Positions 39,274 to 51,500 of a DNA stretch of 64,000 nucleotides are shown here, piece after piece (the stretch's first letter is position 1; each line of letters begins with the position of its first letter). Position numbers and translations under genes: made by a program. Where the stretch lies: contig MU008206.1 in assembly GCA_010909165.1 (NCBI GenBank), positions 248,001 to 312,000 of the forward strand, read 5' to 3'. This DNA is from Anthoceros angustus. Taxonomy: Eukaryota; Plantae; Anthocerotophyta. The notes under the pieces are model-generated. The model saw only the letters and a program-made list of their open reading frames with translations. It did not search any database and was not told where the DNA came from.

Positions 39274-39963
39274 CGCCACAATTGAGCGGCCAATTAGAAA
39301 ACCCCGGGAGATAAAACTTGGGCCTGATGATCACAGAAGACTGCATTGGTTCTTGTTACTCCATTCTGGAACTTTGGGCCCTCAACGAGAACAGTACGCA
39401 GCGGAGGGATAGACACGACCCAACTTCATGGACTGGTTACAAGCCGGCATTGCACTTGGAAAGTGGGTCAATGACCCAGAGTATGAAGATATTGAGGCCT
39501 TGGCTCGGGGACCCCGTTTATATGGCAAGGCATATCGAGGTCTTGACACAAGGGGTTACCATTTTGACCGTAGAGGCCGGAAAGCAGGGCAACACAGACA
39601 GCTTGGGTTCATGGCGCTTCGTTAGAAAGTTGTGGAGGGGAGCGGGAATATTTCGGTCGAATCAAGGACATCTTAGAGGCTGAATTCGACGGCGACCCAC
39701 TAAGCGTGTTTGTATTCAACGTGGAACGGTTTGAGTGTGATCCCAACAAGCGGCCACCGTCTTTGGAGGTGGATGACTTCGGTTTCATGGCAGTTGACAC
39801 AAGAAGGCCGTTTAGGTATGGGCGGCAACACCAGTCCGGCCCGTGGGAGTTTCCGCTACACCTGCGTCAAGTGTTGACACATCCCGATCCAGGCCGTCCT
39901 GGATGGGCGATTTGCACACCAATTCCGTCACGGTTCGAATGGATGGAACAATTGTTGGAGTGA
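39274..39963 (+). pseudogene. CACTA transposase piece 3 (DUF4216-like C-terminal domain)
   Basis: ALARGP..KAYRGLDTRGYHF, EYFGRIKDILE, VF.VE.FE..VDDFGFMAVD..PWEFP..RQV..DP..PGWAI fit the CACTA transposase C-terminal pattern. Confidence 0.8.
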
Positions 39964-41010
39964 TGTTGGCCGTAGCTTGGCTTGTAATCATAACCCTAAT
40001 CCACTTGTGTGTGTCGTGAGCACCTGAACTTGGCGGCACGAGTAATTCATCTGTTCTTCAGTGCAAATTGACTCACGCTCCATGACTTCAGGTTATTGCG
40101 CTTGTGTCGGGTGATGGAGGTGCAGGACCGGAGGAAGCGCCCTTTTTTTATGGCTTCGCGGGACCCAAGCAGTGAGGAGGCAACCTTTGCGTGGCCAACG
40201 CAAGATGCAACAAGCACAGAAATTGTGAGTGCAGCTTGCGATGAGAGCTTCTTGTCATCCCAGCTTGGTGAAGTTTCGCCTCAGCCCTATGGCCTACCAA
40301 TTGGAAAAGACATGGCAATGTGTTGGGAGGAATCATATGCAGATGTGGACAGCTTGAGACTAGACAGAGACCTGGATGTATGGTTTGAGTGTGATCCCAA
40401 CAAGCGTACCGTCTTTGGAGGTGGATGACTTCGGTTTCATGGCAGTTGACACAAGAAGGCCGTTTAGGTATGGGCGGCAACACCAGTCCGGCCCGTGGGA
40501 GTTTCCGCTACAACTGCGTCAAGTGTTGACACATCCCGATCCAGGCCGTCCTGGATGGGCGATTTGCACACCAATTCCGTCACGGTTCGAATGGATGGAA
40601 CAATTGTTGGAGTGATGTTGGCCGTAGCTTGGCTTGTAATCATAACCCTAATCCACTTGTGTGTGTCGTGAGCACCGAACTTGGCGTCACAGTAATTCAT
40701 CATTCTTGATTGCAAATTGACTCACGCTCCATGACTTGCGGTCATTGCGCTTGTCGGGTGATGGAGGTCTTGGGAAGGAGGCGTCCTTTTTGTGGACCCA
40801 AGCGGTGAGGAGGCAACTGCGTATGCTTAAATGCAACAAACACGAAATTGTGAATGCGACTTGCGATGAGCTTCTTGTCATCCCAGCTTGGTGAAGTTTC
40901 GCCTCAGCCCTATGGCCTACCAATTGGAAAAGACATGGCAATGTGTTGGGAGGAATCATATGCGGATGTGGACGACTTGAGACTAGACAGAGACACGGAT
41001 GTATGGTTTG
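39729..41010 (+). repeat. Tandem duplication of about 630-650 bp in the CACTA element
   Basis: GGTTTGAGTGTGATCCCAACAAGCG...GGATGTATGGTTT occurs twice (about 39729-40386 and 40382-41009). Confidence 0.88.
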
Positions 41011-41449
41011 GGCGCTTGCGATCTTTGGGAAGTGCCTTACGGACAACTTGTCATCGGAGTTTGCCGATTCGATACAATGTTGTGCCCAACACACTTTCAC
41101 CAAGGCTGCAAACGGAGCAATCGAACCTGAGGACTTGAACACGACTATCATCGGGCGGTGGAACCACAAGCGGAACTTGCGGGTAGCGTAACCGGTTCTG
41201 TGTAGAGACCACTTTGTGTAGCCAGATGTAGAGATTGTGGTGCCCAGATTTGTGTGACGATTTCTCATTGTCCTCTGCCCAGGCAATGTATTCCACTAGG
41301 CATGTAATGCAATCAAATTGTATTTCGGCAATCATGAGCAAAAGGCTATTGCACAGTTTGAATGCAATGGCCTCTGAAGAGTTCAAATTGAATGTGGAGC
41401 GTAAAGGAGTGAGAGGAAGTATGGTGGGAGCGGCGAAGGCCGTAGCTAT

Positions 41450-42780
41450 TTGTATGCCGGCGGGAAGACGGCCCGAGAGAACGCTTGTCATGGGAACACC
41501 CGGCTTGGCGCACGCCTGCATCTGAATTTCCCGCTCGCTCACCTCGCTCGCGTGCCCGGGGTCCCATTAGCAGCAGAGGAGCTCTCATCGTACCATGACG
41601 CCATCCTGGAAAGAACTGTGGGGCCTCATGCAGTGGACAGACATGGAGGAGGGTGCAGAGGGTGGCCACCCGGCTTGAGTAGTGAGCATTGAAGCCGCAT
41701 CCTTAGCCGATGATGAAGTCCAAGAGGCAGTGTGTGAGGGGTCTGAGCATCCGGAGCAGGCCGCCGTCATTGCTCCACTTGCAGCTGGGAATGCAGAGGA
41801 GGGCCGTTACCGTGCAGAGTGGAGGGCTCGATTTGCAGGGGGCGGCCCAGCTTGTGTGCTCCCGCATTGATGCCGTGATGCACCGCTCCTAGGTGTGGCT
41901 TTGGAGGCCGTGGCCAATGCACTTCTGAAGCTGCATGGCCGCGAAGCTATGGCCGACGTTATGTCCAAGCTGGCCGATGGTGTCGACATAGATCATGTGC
42001 ACGAAGAAGCTGAATGCTTCGGAGGCCTGGCTCCTTCCATGCGATAAGGCTTTGAGCGACGACTATCAGAACTTGTGCAAACCAGGCTGACTGTGATGAA
42101 GCCATGGACGAAACACTCCGCTGAGCTACGTAGAGAGCTGATAGAGAGGATGCAAGCAGATTTCCCCATGGTCACGAACACGGACTGGATCAAGGCCCGC
42201 ATTGCACAACGATCAAGAACGCGTAAAGTGGCACAATTGCGAGCGAAGGGGAAGTATGACGGCGCATTGCGCCTAGCCAACATCACAGCAGAAACATGGG
42301 AAACAGCACAACACAGCGTAGAGCTGCTAGCATCAAACGGGGGAGTGTGGCCGCAACCACAGCAGATGGCTGCGACAGAGGCAAGGCTGGCCAAGCTAAA
42401 GGGAGCAGGGAGCAATCCGTATGGCCATGGTGGGGGGACTGCAGTGCGGCGTGCCTTTTACATTCGCTGGAAGCGAATGCCCACCCTTGCAGAGGCAGAG
42501 TGGGCATCGGACCACAGGGCGGAAAGGATGCCCGACCTGGAGGTCCCAGAGCGCCGTCTGATTGTTTCTGCTCACCTGGCCTGCGGGGCCTTACCGCAAA
42601 GTTGTGTGCGTGGAGCGAGGCGATCGAAGGGGAAGGAAGCGGGTCGAAGTGGGTGAAGCTAATGCAGAACCAATGGAGGAGGTTGCACGATTGGGAGGAA
42701 CCCTTCCTCTCAGGTACGCCGTGGCAAACATGACAACCTTGGAACTATCGCTAGCGGATGAAAAGCCATGACACCACAAT
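41450..42780 (+). pseudogene. Probable second CACTA gene (TnpA/Ptta-like), degraded
   Basis: It lies downstream of the transposase on the same strand. ORF 42075-42656 has W....RRELIERM..F, W.KARI..R..RK, I...W and PYGHGGG, a pattern loosely like Ptta/En/Spm proteins. The family call is an inference. Confidence 0.45.
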
Positions 42781-44289
42781 CGCCAGAGCATCAACCGGTG
42801 AGGAGAGAAACATGGGTTGGCACTCGGCCTACAGTAAGTGGATTTTGCGGCCCGGTGAATTTTCATGGCTTGTGCCTCCTGGTTAAAACGAGTCCACGTC
42901 CATGCTGCAGAGTGACCCAGGGATGGACGCCCTCCATGGTCGTGCAAGAGCTAGGAATGCGTCACCATGGAGTCTGGAGGTGGACAGATCAGAGGGCGGG
43001 GTGAATCAGGTATGGTATAAGCTAGGCTCTTGCAGTTAGCTATAGGTGCTCGCAGCTATGGGAGTTGATTCCAGACTGCTAAGCATGAAATTGCCAATTT
43101 CACAAGTGGAAGATCCAACCCCAACCGGGCGGAGGCCGAGGCCATCCAATTATCTCTGTGCCGACCGGGAGACGCAGGAAGGGATCCGCGTCGGATGGTC
43201 GGAAGGGGAAGCGAGTATGCTTGACAGAGGATTGAGAGAGTTGTGATGGATGCAGTATGCATGAAGTTTCCAATTTGGCCTGATGCCAAGACGGCCATAT
43301 CCGTCAAGGTTATATCAGACAATCATGATTATGCCAGTATATAAATTGACCAGTGAAGTCTGGAATCTAAAACATGATTAGCGTAATATGAACCTACCGA
43401 ATCAAAAAGAGGCGTTGGGGGATTGACCTACGGTGGGAAATTGCAAACCACTATTATTGGGATTTCATTGTGGTGAATCCTAAGTGCGATTTATTATTGT
43501 AATTCTGGTCAAATGTTCTTTGCAGTCAAGGCGTGAACACACGTGGTCGACAACCACATGGTGTGCTGTGGGCTGACTAGTCAGAACCACCACTGTCTCG
43601 CAGGAAGCAGGGCCAACACGTGGCTCTTCATAATTTGCGGGGTCTGGGGCATGCTGGTTGCATGCGACATACGGCAAGACACACAATTGTGCCCGCGCGC
43701 AGGGTGCTGACATGATCCCCGGGTGCATCTGTTCCTGACATGTCCATGCGCACAGTGTGCATGACCAGTTGCCCGCCAATCGGAACTGGCACCGGCAACC
43801 GGCGTTAAACAGGGAACCGGCAGTCATACTCGCGCACGACATATAAGGGGATCCGCTGACGAAATGACAATGTCGATGGGAATTACGAAAATCTTGCCCA
43901 TTGCTGTGTCATGTATCCTGCAGAACTGTAATATTATTGCCCGCAAGTGTAGTAAAAGTTGTAATAAACCTGCAGCCATTGTTATAGTGATTGCTGATGT
44001 TTGTTCGGGTGAACAGCCATACGGGTCCCGAGGGTTCTTTCATAGTGTGAGCTCTTGGTGAGAGGGAGAGTGAGGGGTTTTTGTCGAGCTTCAGGCAAGA
44101 ACGATTTTTCTGTTGGCGGTTTTGACTTGGTATGTTTGTGGTTTTAACTTGGTGATGAGGCTTATCACAGTAAGGGTTGTGTGTGAGTTGTCCTGGAAAT
44201 CCTTGAACGCTACAACATGTCATGAGCGCTATGCAGCCATGGCGCAACACGTTCTTATGCTTATAGTAAAGGTTAGAAGACTTCCCATA

Positions 44290-44930
44290 GAAGCAACGGA
44301 CAAAAGGGATAAGGCTCCCAAGATACACCCAACGTCCTTGAGCTCCTCGAAGATGATGCTCCTGGAAATGGTATTGAAAGCGTTCTCAATATCCACCCGT
44401 AAGACCACCCACTCCGAGCGGGTATCGAGGCATGCCCGCACCTCGAGCACCACATACTCGCAACCCCCTGAAGTGGCCATGCCAAATTGAAGGGGGTTGG
44501 GGTGCTGCTGAAGGAGGGAGCGACACTGGAGGGCAATAATACGGTTGAGGAGCTGCATGAAGGCTTCCCCAACCGCGAGTGGGTGCATGCTAGAGGCCGA
44601 GGCAGGCTTGTCCATAGCGACTAGCCTGCTAGCCGCAAGGACTTGAGAGATCCGGAGAGGCGTCTTGCCCCCGAGCCATAGCCGCAGCCAAGGAGAAGAG
44701 CTCGGGGAAGCTACTAGATAGGTCTTCCGGGAGAAAAAGGTCCCTGAGGTGTTCAAACACCATTCCAGACAGCCCGGCAGAAGAAAGATGTGGGGCCGTA
44801 GAGAGAGCCAGAGCAAAGGACGCAGGGTCTCAGGAGAAGGATGCAGGTCTCGGGAAGCTACTAGATAGGTCTTCCGGGAGAAAAAGGTCCCTGAGGTGTT
44901 CAAACACCATTCCGCATGTACCCGCGTGAG
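44290..44930 (-). pseudogene. Non-LTR retrotransposon reverse transcriptase fragment, CRE-clade-like
   Basis: GMVFEHLRDLF, RLVAMDKP, HPLAVGEAFMQL, QFGMATSGGCE, WVVLRVDIENAFNTISR. It is truncated on both sides and has a 147-bp tandem duplication at its 5' edge. Confidence 0.75.
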
Positions 44931-45523
44931 GAAGAAGAAAGATGTAGAGAGAGCCAGAGCAAAGGACGCAGGGTCTCAGGAGAAGGATGCAGGGTCTCAG
45001 GAGAAGGACGCACGGTCGTTTTAGAGGAGGTAGGTATGTGAATATAGGTATATATCCTTTAATAGTAGAGTACTTGAAAGGTTTATTGCTCCCATTACAG
45101 CAATTGACTTGAACGATTGTTGGGATACCAGTCGTGAAAAATCAGCTGACCAAGCTCTCCAGCAACTACACTAACATCACTCACATATTTCTCTACATGA
45201 GCATTGCGGAAACCATCCAACAGCATGCTAGCCAACTTAACCCACCTGTCTAGCAACATAGCACTAACGCTGCAATCTCATGCATGCTTCATGACAAGAA
45301 GGAAAACTAAGTCTTCATCCCTACGATGCCACACGCAGCCTCACAAAACGTAGCAAAGCTGAATTGCTAACAGGTTGAGAGTTCATGGCCACACAACATA
45401 CATGCTGCAACAGCATTTAGAATCCAAAAAATGTATAGTATTTAATAGCTCTAATTGCTCTTCAAAATTCCAGCATACATCGCGGCTGCCATAGCCGATG
45501 CTATGTGTGAAGACTCTCACAAC

Positions 45524-45551
<28 letters not shown>
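45524..45551. repeat. (CT)14 microsatellite
   Basis: Direct reading. Confidence 0.95.
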
Positions 45552-45556
<5 letters not shown>

Positions 45557-45679
45557 GTTGACGCCAAATAGGAAATCCTACCATGCTCCATTTCTTGATG
45601 AACATCATCACTCCTCGCCTATGCACCAAGACGGCCGTTGCCCCATATCCGCCCACCGCCCCCACCCCCACCCCTCTCG

Positions 45680-48238
45680 CCATGTAACTGGTGTGGCATT
45701 CATGGTCATTGGGCCAGAGAATGCAAGAAGAAGAAGGCTGGAGAGCATCAGCGGGCTCCCAGAAGCTCTGCTATCTTAGCCATGAAGGACAAGCAATTAG
45801 AGGAGCCTACTGTCAAGATCTTAACAGTCAGCGTTGCTTACTCCTTATAGGACAGGATGGTTGGTATCTTGATTCTGGTGCTAGCTACTTCACATATCTG
45901 TAACAGGCAACGATAATTTTATACATTAGAGCTACATACCACAGTTGCTAAGGTACTCTTAGGTGGTGAGAAAAAGAAGACAAGTTTGACAATCGAAGGC
46001 CATGGCTGTTGTAAGTTTACCTTACATGATGGTTCAATTCTCACACTTTGAGGATGTTCTATATGTCCCAACAATGGCTAAGAATCTCATGTCCCTAAGT
46101 CGTCTTATGCACTTGGGAGAGTTTCATATGAAGACTATGAATGATCAATGTCTCTTTTACCAGAACAATGATCCAAGCTTCTGTATTTTCAAGGGTCTCC
46201 TTGATCACGATCTCTACAAGATTGATGTATATATAAATAAGCAATTTGTCAGTGCTGTCTCTCTGAACTCTCAAAAACAAGCTATCTTATGGCATGCACG
46301 CTTAGGACATGTGAACCAAACCAAGATGATTGATATGTCTTTACAAGACTGTCACTTGGAACCATTACCTCGCTGTGTAAAGGATCTGCCTTCCTGTGAA
46401 GCATGCATTCTTGCCAAGCAAAAGCAACAACCTTTTCTGTCTTCAACAACATATCGAGCCACACAACCTCTTGAATTGGTTCATGCTGATATTCGGTTAG
46501 ATTCATGTTCCCTCTCTTGGTGGTGCTCGCTATTATCTCTGCATTACGAATGATTACTCCAGATACACTTGGACCTATAGCATGCACCACAAGAATGAGG
46601 CTTTTGAGCCATTTAGAGACTGGCTACTAACTATATAGCGTCAAACTGGTTACCTGCTCAAGATATTGCGTACTGATAATGGCACAGAGGTTGTGAATAA
46701 CATCTTTGATCTCTTTCTGCAAGAGCAAGGGATTCAACGTCAACTTACAGTCCCTTATACTCTGTAATAGAATGGTGAACATTGCAGAAAGGAAGAATCA
46801 AACGTTATTCTCTATGACTCGTAGCATGCTCATTTGGGCTGGCCTACCTCAAATCTTCTGGGCTGAGGCAATTGTTTGTGCCACATATATCTTGAATCGA
46901 CTATTCACCAGTTCAGTTCCATGAAGGACTCCTTATGAGGCCCTTTGGCAGAGGAAACCTAGTCTTCTCCATTTCCGCGTCTTTGGCTCCCGTGCCTATG
47001 CACATGTTCCTGATTCCAAACGATGGAAATTAGACCTTAGGGCTTCCTCACTTATTTTTGTAGGATACAGCGAACTGTCTAAAGCTTACAAACTTTATGG
47101 TACCCCATCATCAACCAAGCTATTCTCGCTCGGTCGGTTACTTTCTTGGAACCTACCATGTCTGCAAACTCAAACCCTTTGCAAACAGAGGGGGAAAATT
47201 TACCTTCAGAGGGAGTCGGAAATGAACCCGAGTCCTCTGACTATCAGTTTCCAAATGATTTGCCTGCAGACACGTATACCCTGATCCTGATGAGGATAAT
47301 CTTGATCCCCCACATGTTGGTCACCCTATACTTATGGTAGTACCAGATGAACCAGCACTTGTTCCAGAGCCCACTAATGAGCTGGCCTCGATCGTAATCA
47401 ATTCCTCAACCCCGCTCCCGACCGCTGATGAACTCGCCTCATAACTGCTCATTCAATCTGGCCATTGACCACCACCTACATCATGGGCAAAACCTCGTTA
47501 TAAATCAATTGATTTTCGAACAGCCTGTGCTGAACAAGTCAACTCTGCATCTATGACAACACATCTCGAACCCCAGTCACTTACTGCAACCTTTACAGGA
47601 CTAGAAAGTGAAAAATGCAGCTGTTGACGACGAGTATAACTCACTTTTTAAGAACGAAACTTGGGAGCTTGTTGGACCTCCTCTGGGATGAAAACCAATA
47701 TCCTGTAAATGGGTATTCAAACTTAAACTTAATGCTCAAGGTGAAATTGCACGATACAAGGCACACTTAGTTGCCAGAGGGTTTACCCAGGTCGAGGGGC
47801 TGGATCATCAAGAAACGTTCTCCCCTGTTGTTAGAGCCCAATCCATTCGAATGATATGGGCAGATCTTGATCTTGAGCTCCAACAAATGGAGGTTTGTAC
47901 CGCATTCTTATATGGATCTTTGGATGAAGACCTATACATGTATCAGCCAAAAAGATATGAAGACAAGAAAAAACCAAAGTGTGCAAGTTACTTAAAACAA
48001 TTTATGGCTTGAAACAGAGTGGCCGAGTTTGGTACCATAATATACATATATATCTGTTGAGTTGCTCCTTTGTGCAAAGTGCAGCGGATAGTTATGTATA
48101 TAGGCTGCCACAAGGTTAAAACTTCGTGATTTTGGCTCTGTATGTCGACGACGTTATCCTAGCCACAAATGACAGCACTCTGTTAGCTGATGTAAAGAAG
48201 ATACTAAGTGACAAGTGTGAGATGAAGGATATATAGGA
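45680..48238 (+). pseudogene. Copia C gag knuckle, protease, integrase and N-terminal RT (stops and frameshifts)
   Basis: WYLDSGAS, LWHARLGH, ELVHADI, AERKNQTL..FWAEAIVCATYILNRL, CKWVFKLK..LVARGFTQ, YGLKQSGRVW, ALYVDDVIL. Confidence 0.93.
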
Positions 48239-49408
48239 GGGTCCAAGCACGGTTAGGTAGACCACATTATGTGGGGACGGACGCAACGTGTAAATATGTC
48301 CACATGTGGACATATTTACCTTGCAAAAACTCTTCTCGCTAGAATAATGATCGAAGTGATTCAAGTTTTTTCCCCAAAACTAAGAGCATGGCAACAAGTC
48401 CACATTAAAATGCCCAGAGTTTAAGGATATGATTTGTGCATTTGGTATTTAATTATTTGATCATGGATGGACAAGTGAGCTTTGGATACAAAAAGTGAGC
48501 ATAAGACACACAACCCAAGCTCATTTGAATTTCAAACGCAAACCGTCAAGTGAACATGTAACACTAAAAGTGAGTCTTTGTCACAATCAAGTTGGAACTT
48601 GTTCAAATTTCAAAGTTGGAATAAGCGGAATTTCAAAGTTGGACCATGGCAATTTCAAGAGCAATCACAAGTGAACATGGAACACGAAAGTGAAGCATGG
48701 TCACAAACAAGTGTAAACTTGTTTGTATTCAAAGTTTTGTCTAAGCGGATTTTCAAAAGATGGTGCACCCAAGTTGAAAAGACATCTCCAATGAGAGCAT
48801 AACCGCCATCTTCACGCCTGCGAGACCTTTCACTAGCTCGCTGCGCTTAAGGCGCCTGATGTCTGTGTGTGAACCATGTGCGGAGCTGAGAGGAGGAGAG
48901 GAAGGGAGCCCCGTCGGAGCAGTTAGAATTGAATGGCTCCAGCGCCTCCCTCCGGGTGCACTTAGGAGAGCAAAACACGCACTGAAGCGTGGAGGAAAAG
49001 CAAATTCGAGTTGCATCTTTGCGTGTGGAAGATGGAGCATCTTTGTGCGTAGCGGATGTTAGGCAAGAGGGAGCAACAAGGTGGAGGAGGATTGTCACGG
49101 TGATAATCATACGGCGGAGGGTGGGTGGGAGGCCCAGGATCCAAGAACCCTTCAATGAGTGAGGAGGGAACTAGTCTACGAGGGCAACAAGACCAGTCCT
49201 CTTTCATCCACAGAGCACAAGGCGCCTGCATGGAAAAGGGGGCGGATCTCACCCAGTCGATGGGGCCGTGATGCACAATGTGGGCGTATTGCTCGAGAAC
49301 TTGGCTACGCTGCATGTAGAACTGCCCACTTCAATTCGATAGCAAGGCTAAGGTGTTAGATGCTTTTTCCAGCTCGCGGGGCCTCAAGGAATTCTTCCTG
49401 CTGCAGGG

Positions 49409-51500
49409 GTGAAGGCTCATAAGCCACATCCTCGCTTTCCAAACATCGTATGCCATGAAAAGCGGAGTGTACAAGCGTCTGATCACTTGAAGGCAAGACA
49501 AACCTTCATGAATATTGTGCTAATTGACGACGTGAGGCAAGCAGCTGGAGCAGCTGCCTTGGGCCGAGTCCTTGGGGTCAGCAGGCGAGTTGTGGCACGC
49601 CATCTTCAAACCCGCGGCGATTTGCAAAGTGCACCAGAGGAGGCGCGCTGGTGTGGGTGGGGACGGAAGGCTCGTTCCGATTGTTTGCCCCAAGGGGTTA
49701 AGGAAGCTGTTTTGCAATTTTGGGAGTCGGCGTCAAGGCCTTCCTCCAACTCCAAGGATGCGAGGCGGCAGCGGGTGGCTCCTCTTGTCTTCCGCACGCA
49801 CATCATCCATTTCCTAGATACCTCTCAAGTGATTCAGTTCACGCAATTTCTTTGCCGCCACCGGCGGCGCATACGCCACCGGTGGTGAGCGCCCTGCCTG
49901 CAAAGGTGCTAGTCTATGCTTGCAATGAACACTGCCACTAACCCTTTAACTTGTTTCAGCAAGCCGTCGGGATCATCACTATATGTGATAGCCTGTAGTG
50001 TGCCCTGCTACACTGTCACGCTCCATGTTCAGAGTTTCCTCCTGTGTGGCTGCTCGTCGCTTGACCTGCTTCACTGTCTCTTTGCTTGCGCCATGCTTGC
50101 CCTGGCTCTTGTTTAGTTGCTCTTGCTCCTGGTCATTTGCCCGGGTCCAAAGATAGCAAGCCCTGGAGTTTCGGAAGTGCATTGATTGGTTTCCTGAGGA
50201 TGTGATAGTTTCTGTTATGGACTTTTCGCAAAACTATGCTTTTCAAGTTCAGAATGAGATACAATCAATGCACTGGCATAGTGATCAAGTTACTATTCTA
50301 GTTCATGTTACATATATGTAGATGGGGCCAGTGGTGGAGGAGGACCCCTGCTGTAATGTTCAGAAGTTTTACCACTTTTACATTAGTGATGACATGCGAT
50401 GACACTCTCTTTGTCCAAAGATGCCCTTATGCTACATTGGGATCAAGCACAAATGGATACAAGAGTCCACGAGCATTGGATGTGGTGGATGGTGCTTTTA
50501 ACGCTTGCAGACCAAGCTATTTTGTGGCGAGGTACCCAAGCCTAACTGGAGGATGCAGAATGCTGTGGAGCTATTTTGGGTTAGGCCACGGAAAGGGGGA
50601 ACACGACGGGGCAGGTGCCATATTAAAGAGGGCACTACGTGCCGCAGAGCTGTCACCTTCATCGACAAGGCTGCAGAGTGCCGCGGATGTTGTCAACTTC
50701 CTGCGGTCCAGTATATCCAATGGGGCTGCATCCTCCTACGCAAGTGGAGAAAGGCAGGTGCAAAGGGTTTTTTGGTTGGTGGGAAAGAATGAAGTCAACC
50801 GCAGCGGTGGGTGTGCACCAATCCGGGTTCTATTCGCACAAAGATATATGGTGACTCAAAGGATGCAACCAACCCTCGGCTCAAGATGCGGCATCTTGCG
50901 TGTTTTGTCTTTGTGTGCATGGACAAAGGACCATGGAGCATGGGAGATAAAGGCTTCTATTAGTGCATATGGCATTCTGCCACTCGAGGCGACAAGAGGG
51001 AGGATGTTGGTCGAATTCAGACCCAGCGAAGCACTGCACCATTGTCGCTACATGCGGTTGGACCAGATGGGCCGCCTGATCCTGCTGCTAATGGTGTTGC
51101 TAGTGAAGATGTCTCAAATTGCACCTCTTGGAGCTTGGAGACAACTTTGTGGTGCGTGCATCCTGTGGACCAAGGTTCAACTTTTTATTTGGCAAAGTGC
51201 ATCACATGGCATGTGACCACGGAGCACATTACCCGCCCCTGGAGCGATGAATTTCCTCCTGTGGGATAAGGTGGTTGTGGGCCAAGATTACCCGGGTTGA
51301 GCCGGATGGTTGTGTGTACACTTTGGATCATGAGGTCATGGAGGTCACCCTTCTTTCATCCCACGTGGAGACTGCAAGTTCCCACTTTTGGAACGAGTGG
51401 AAGGAGGCCGACTAGTGTATGTGCTTGACTCGGACACGGTCGAGTCCTTTAAGGAGCTTGTGAGGGAGGGAAACCAGAACCCATTTGTGTTTTCGTAGTC
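49409..51500 (+). pseudogene. Sola2-like DDD transposase of copy 2 (Cys-rich middle region missing)
   Basis: RKARSDCLPQGVKEAVLQFWE..HIIHFLDTSQ, VMDFSQNYAFQVQNEIQSMHWHSDQVTILVH, ISDD, YFVARYPSLTGGCRMLWSYFGLGHGKGEHDGAGAILKRALR. Confidence 0.87.

Larger units (their letters stand above)
1..44047 (+). mobile_element. CACTA/EnSpm DNA transposon (outermost host element; left end lies outside the window; heavily interrupted)
   Basis: Collinear Tnp2, DUF4218-like and DUF4216-like fragments at 1-438, 12542-13094 and 39274-39963 are separated by TSD-flanked insertions. The candidate right terminus is ...GTTCTTTCATAGTG at 44047 (reverse complement CACTATGAAAGAAC). The end coordinate is tentative. Confidence 0.7.
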
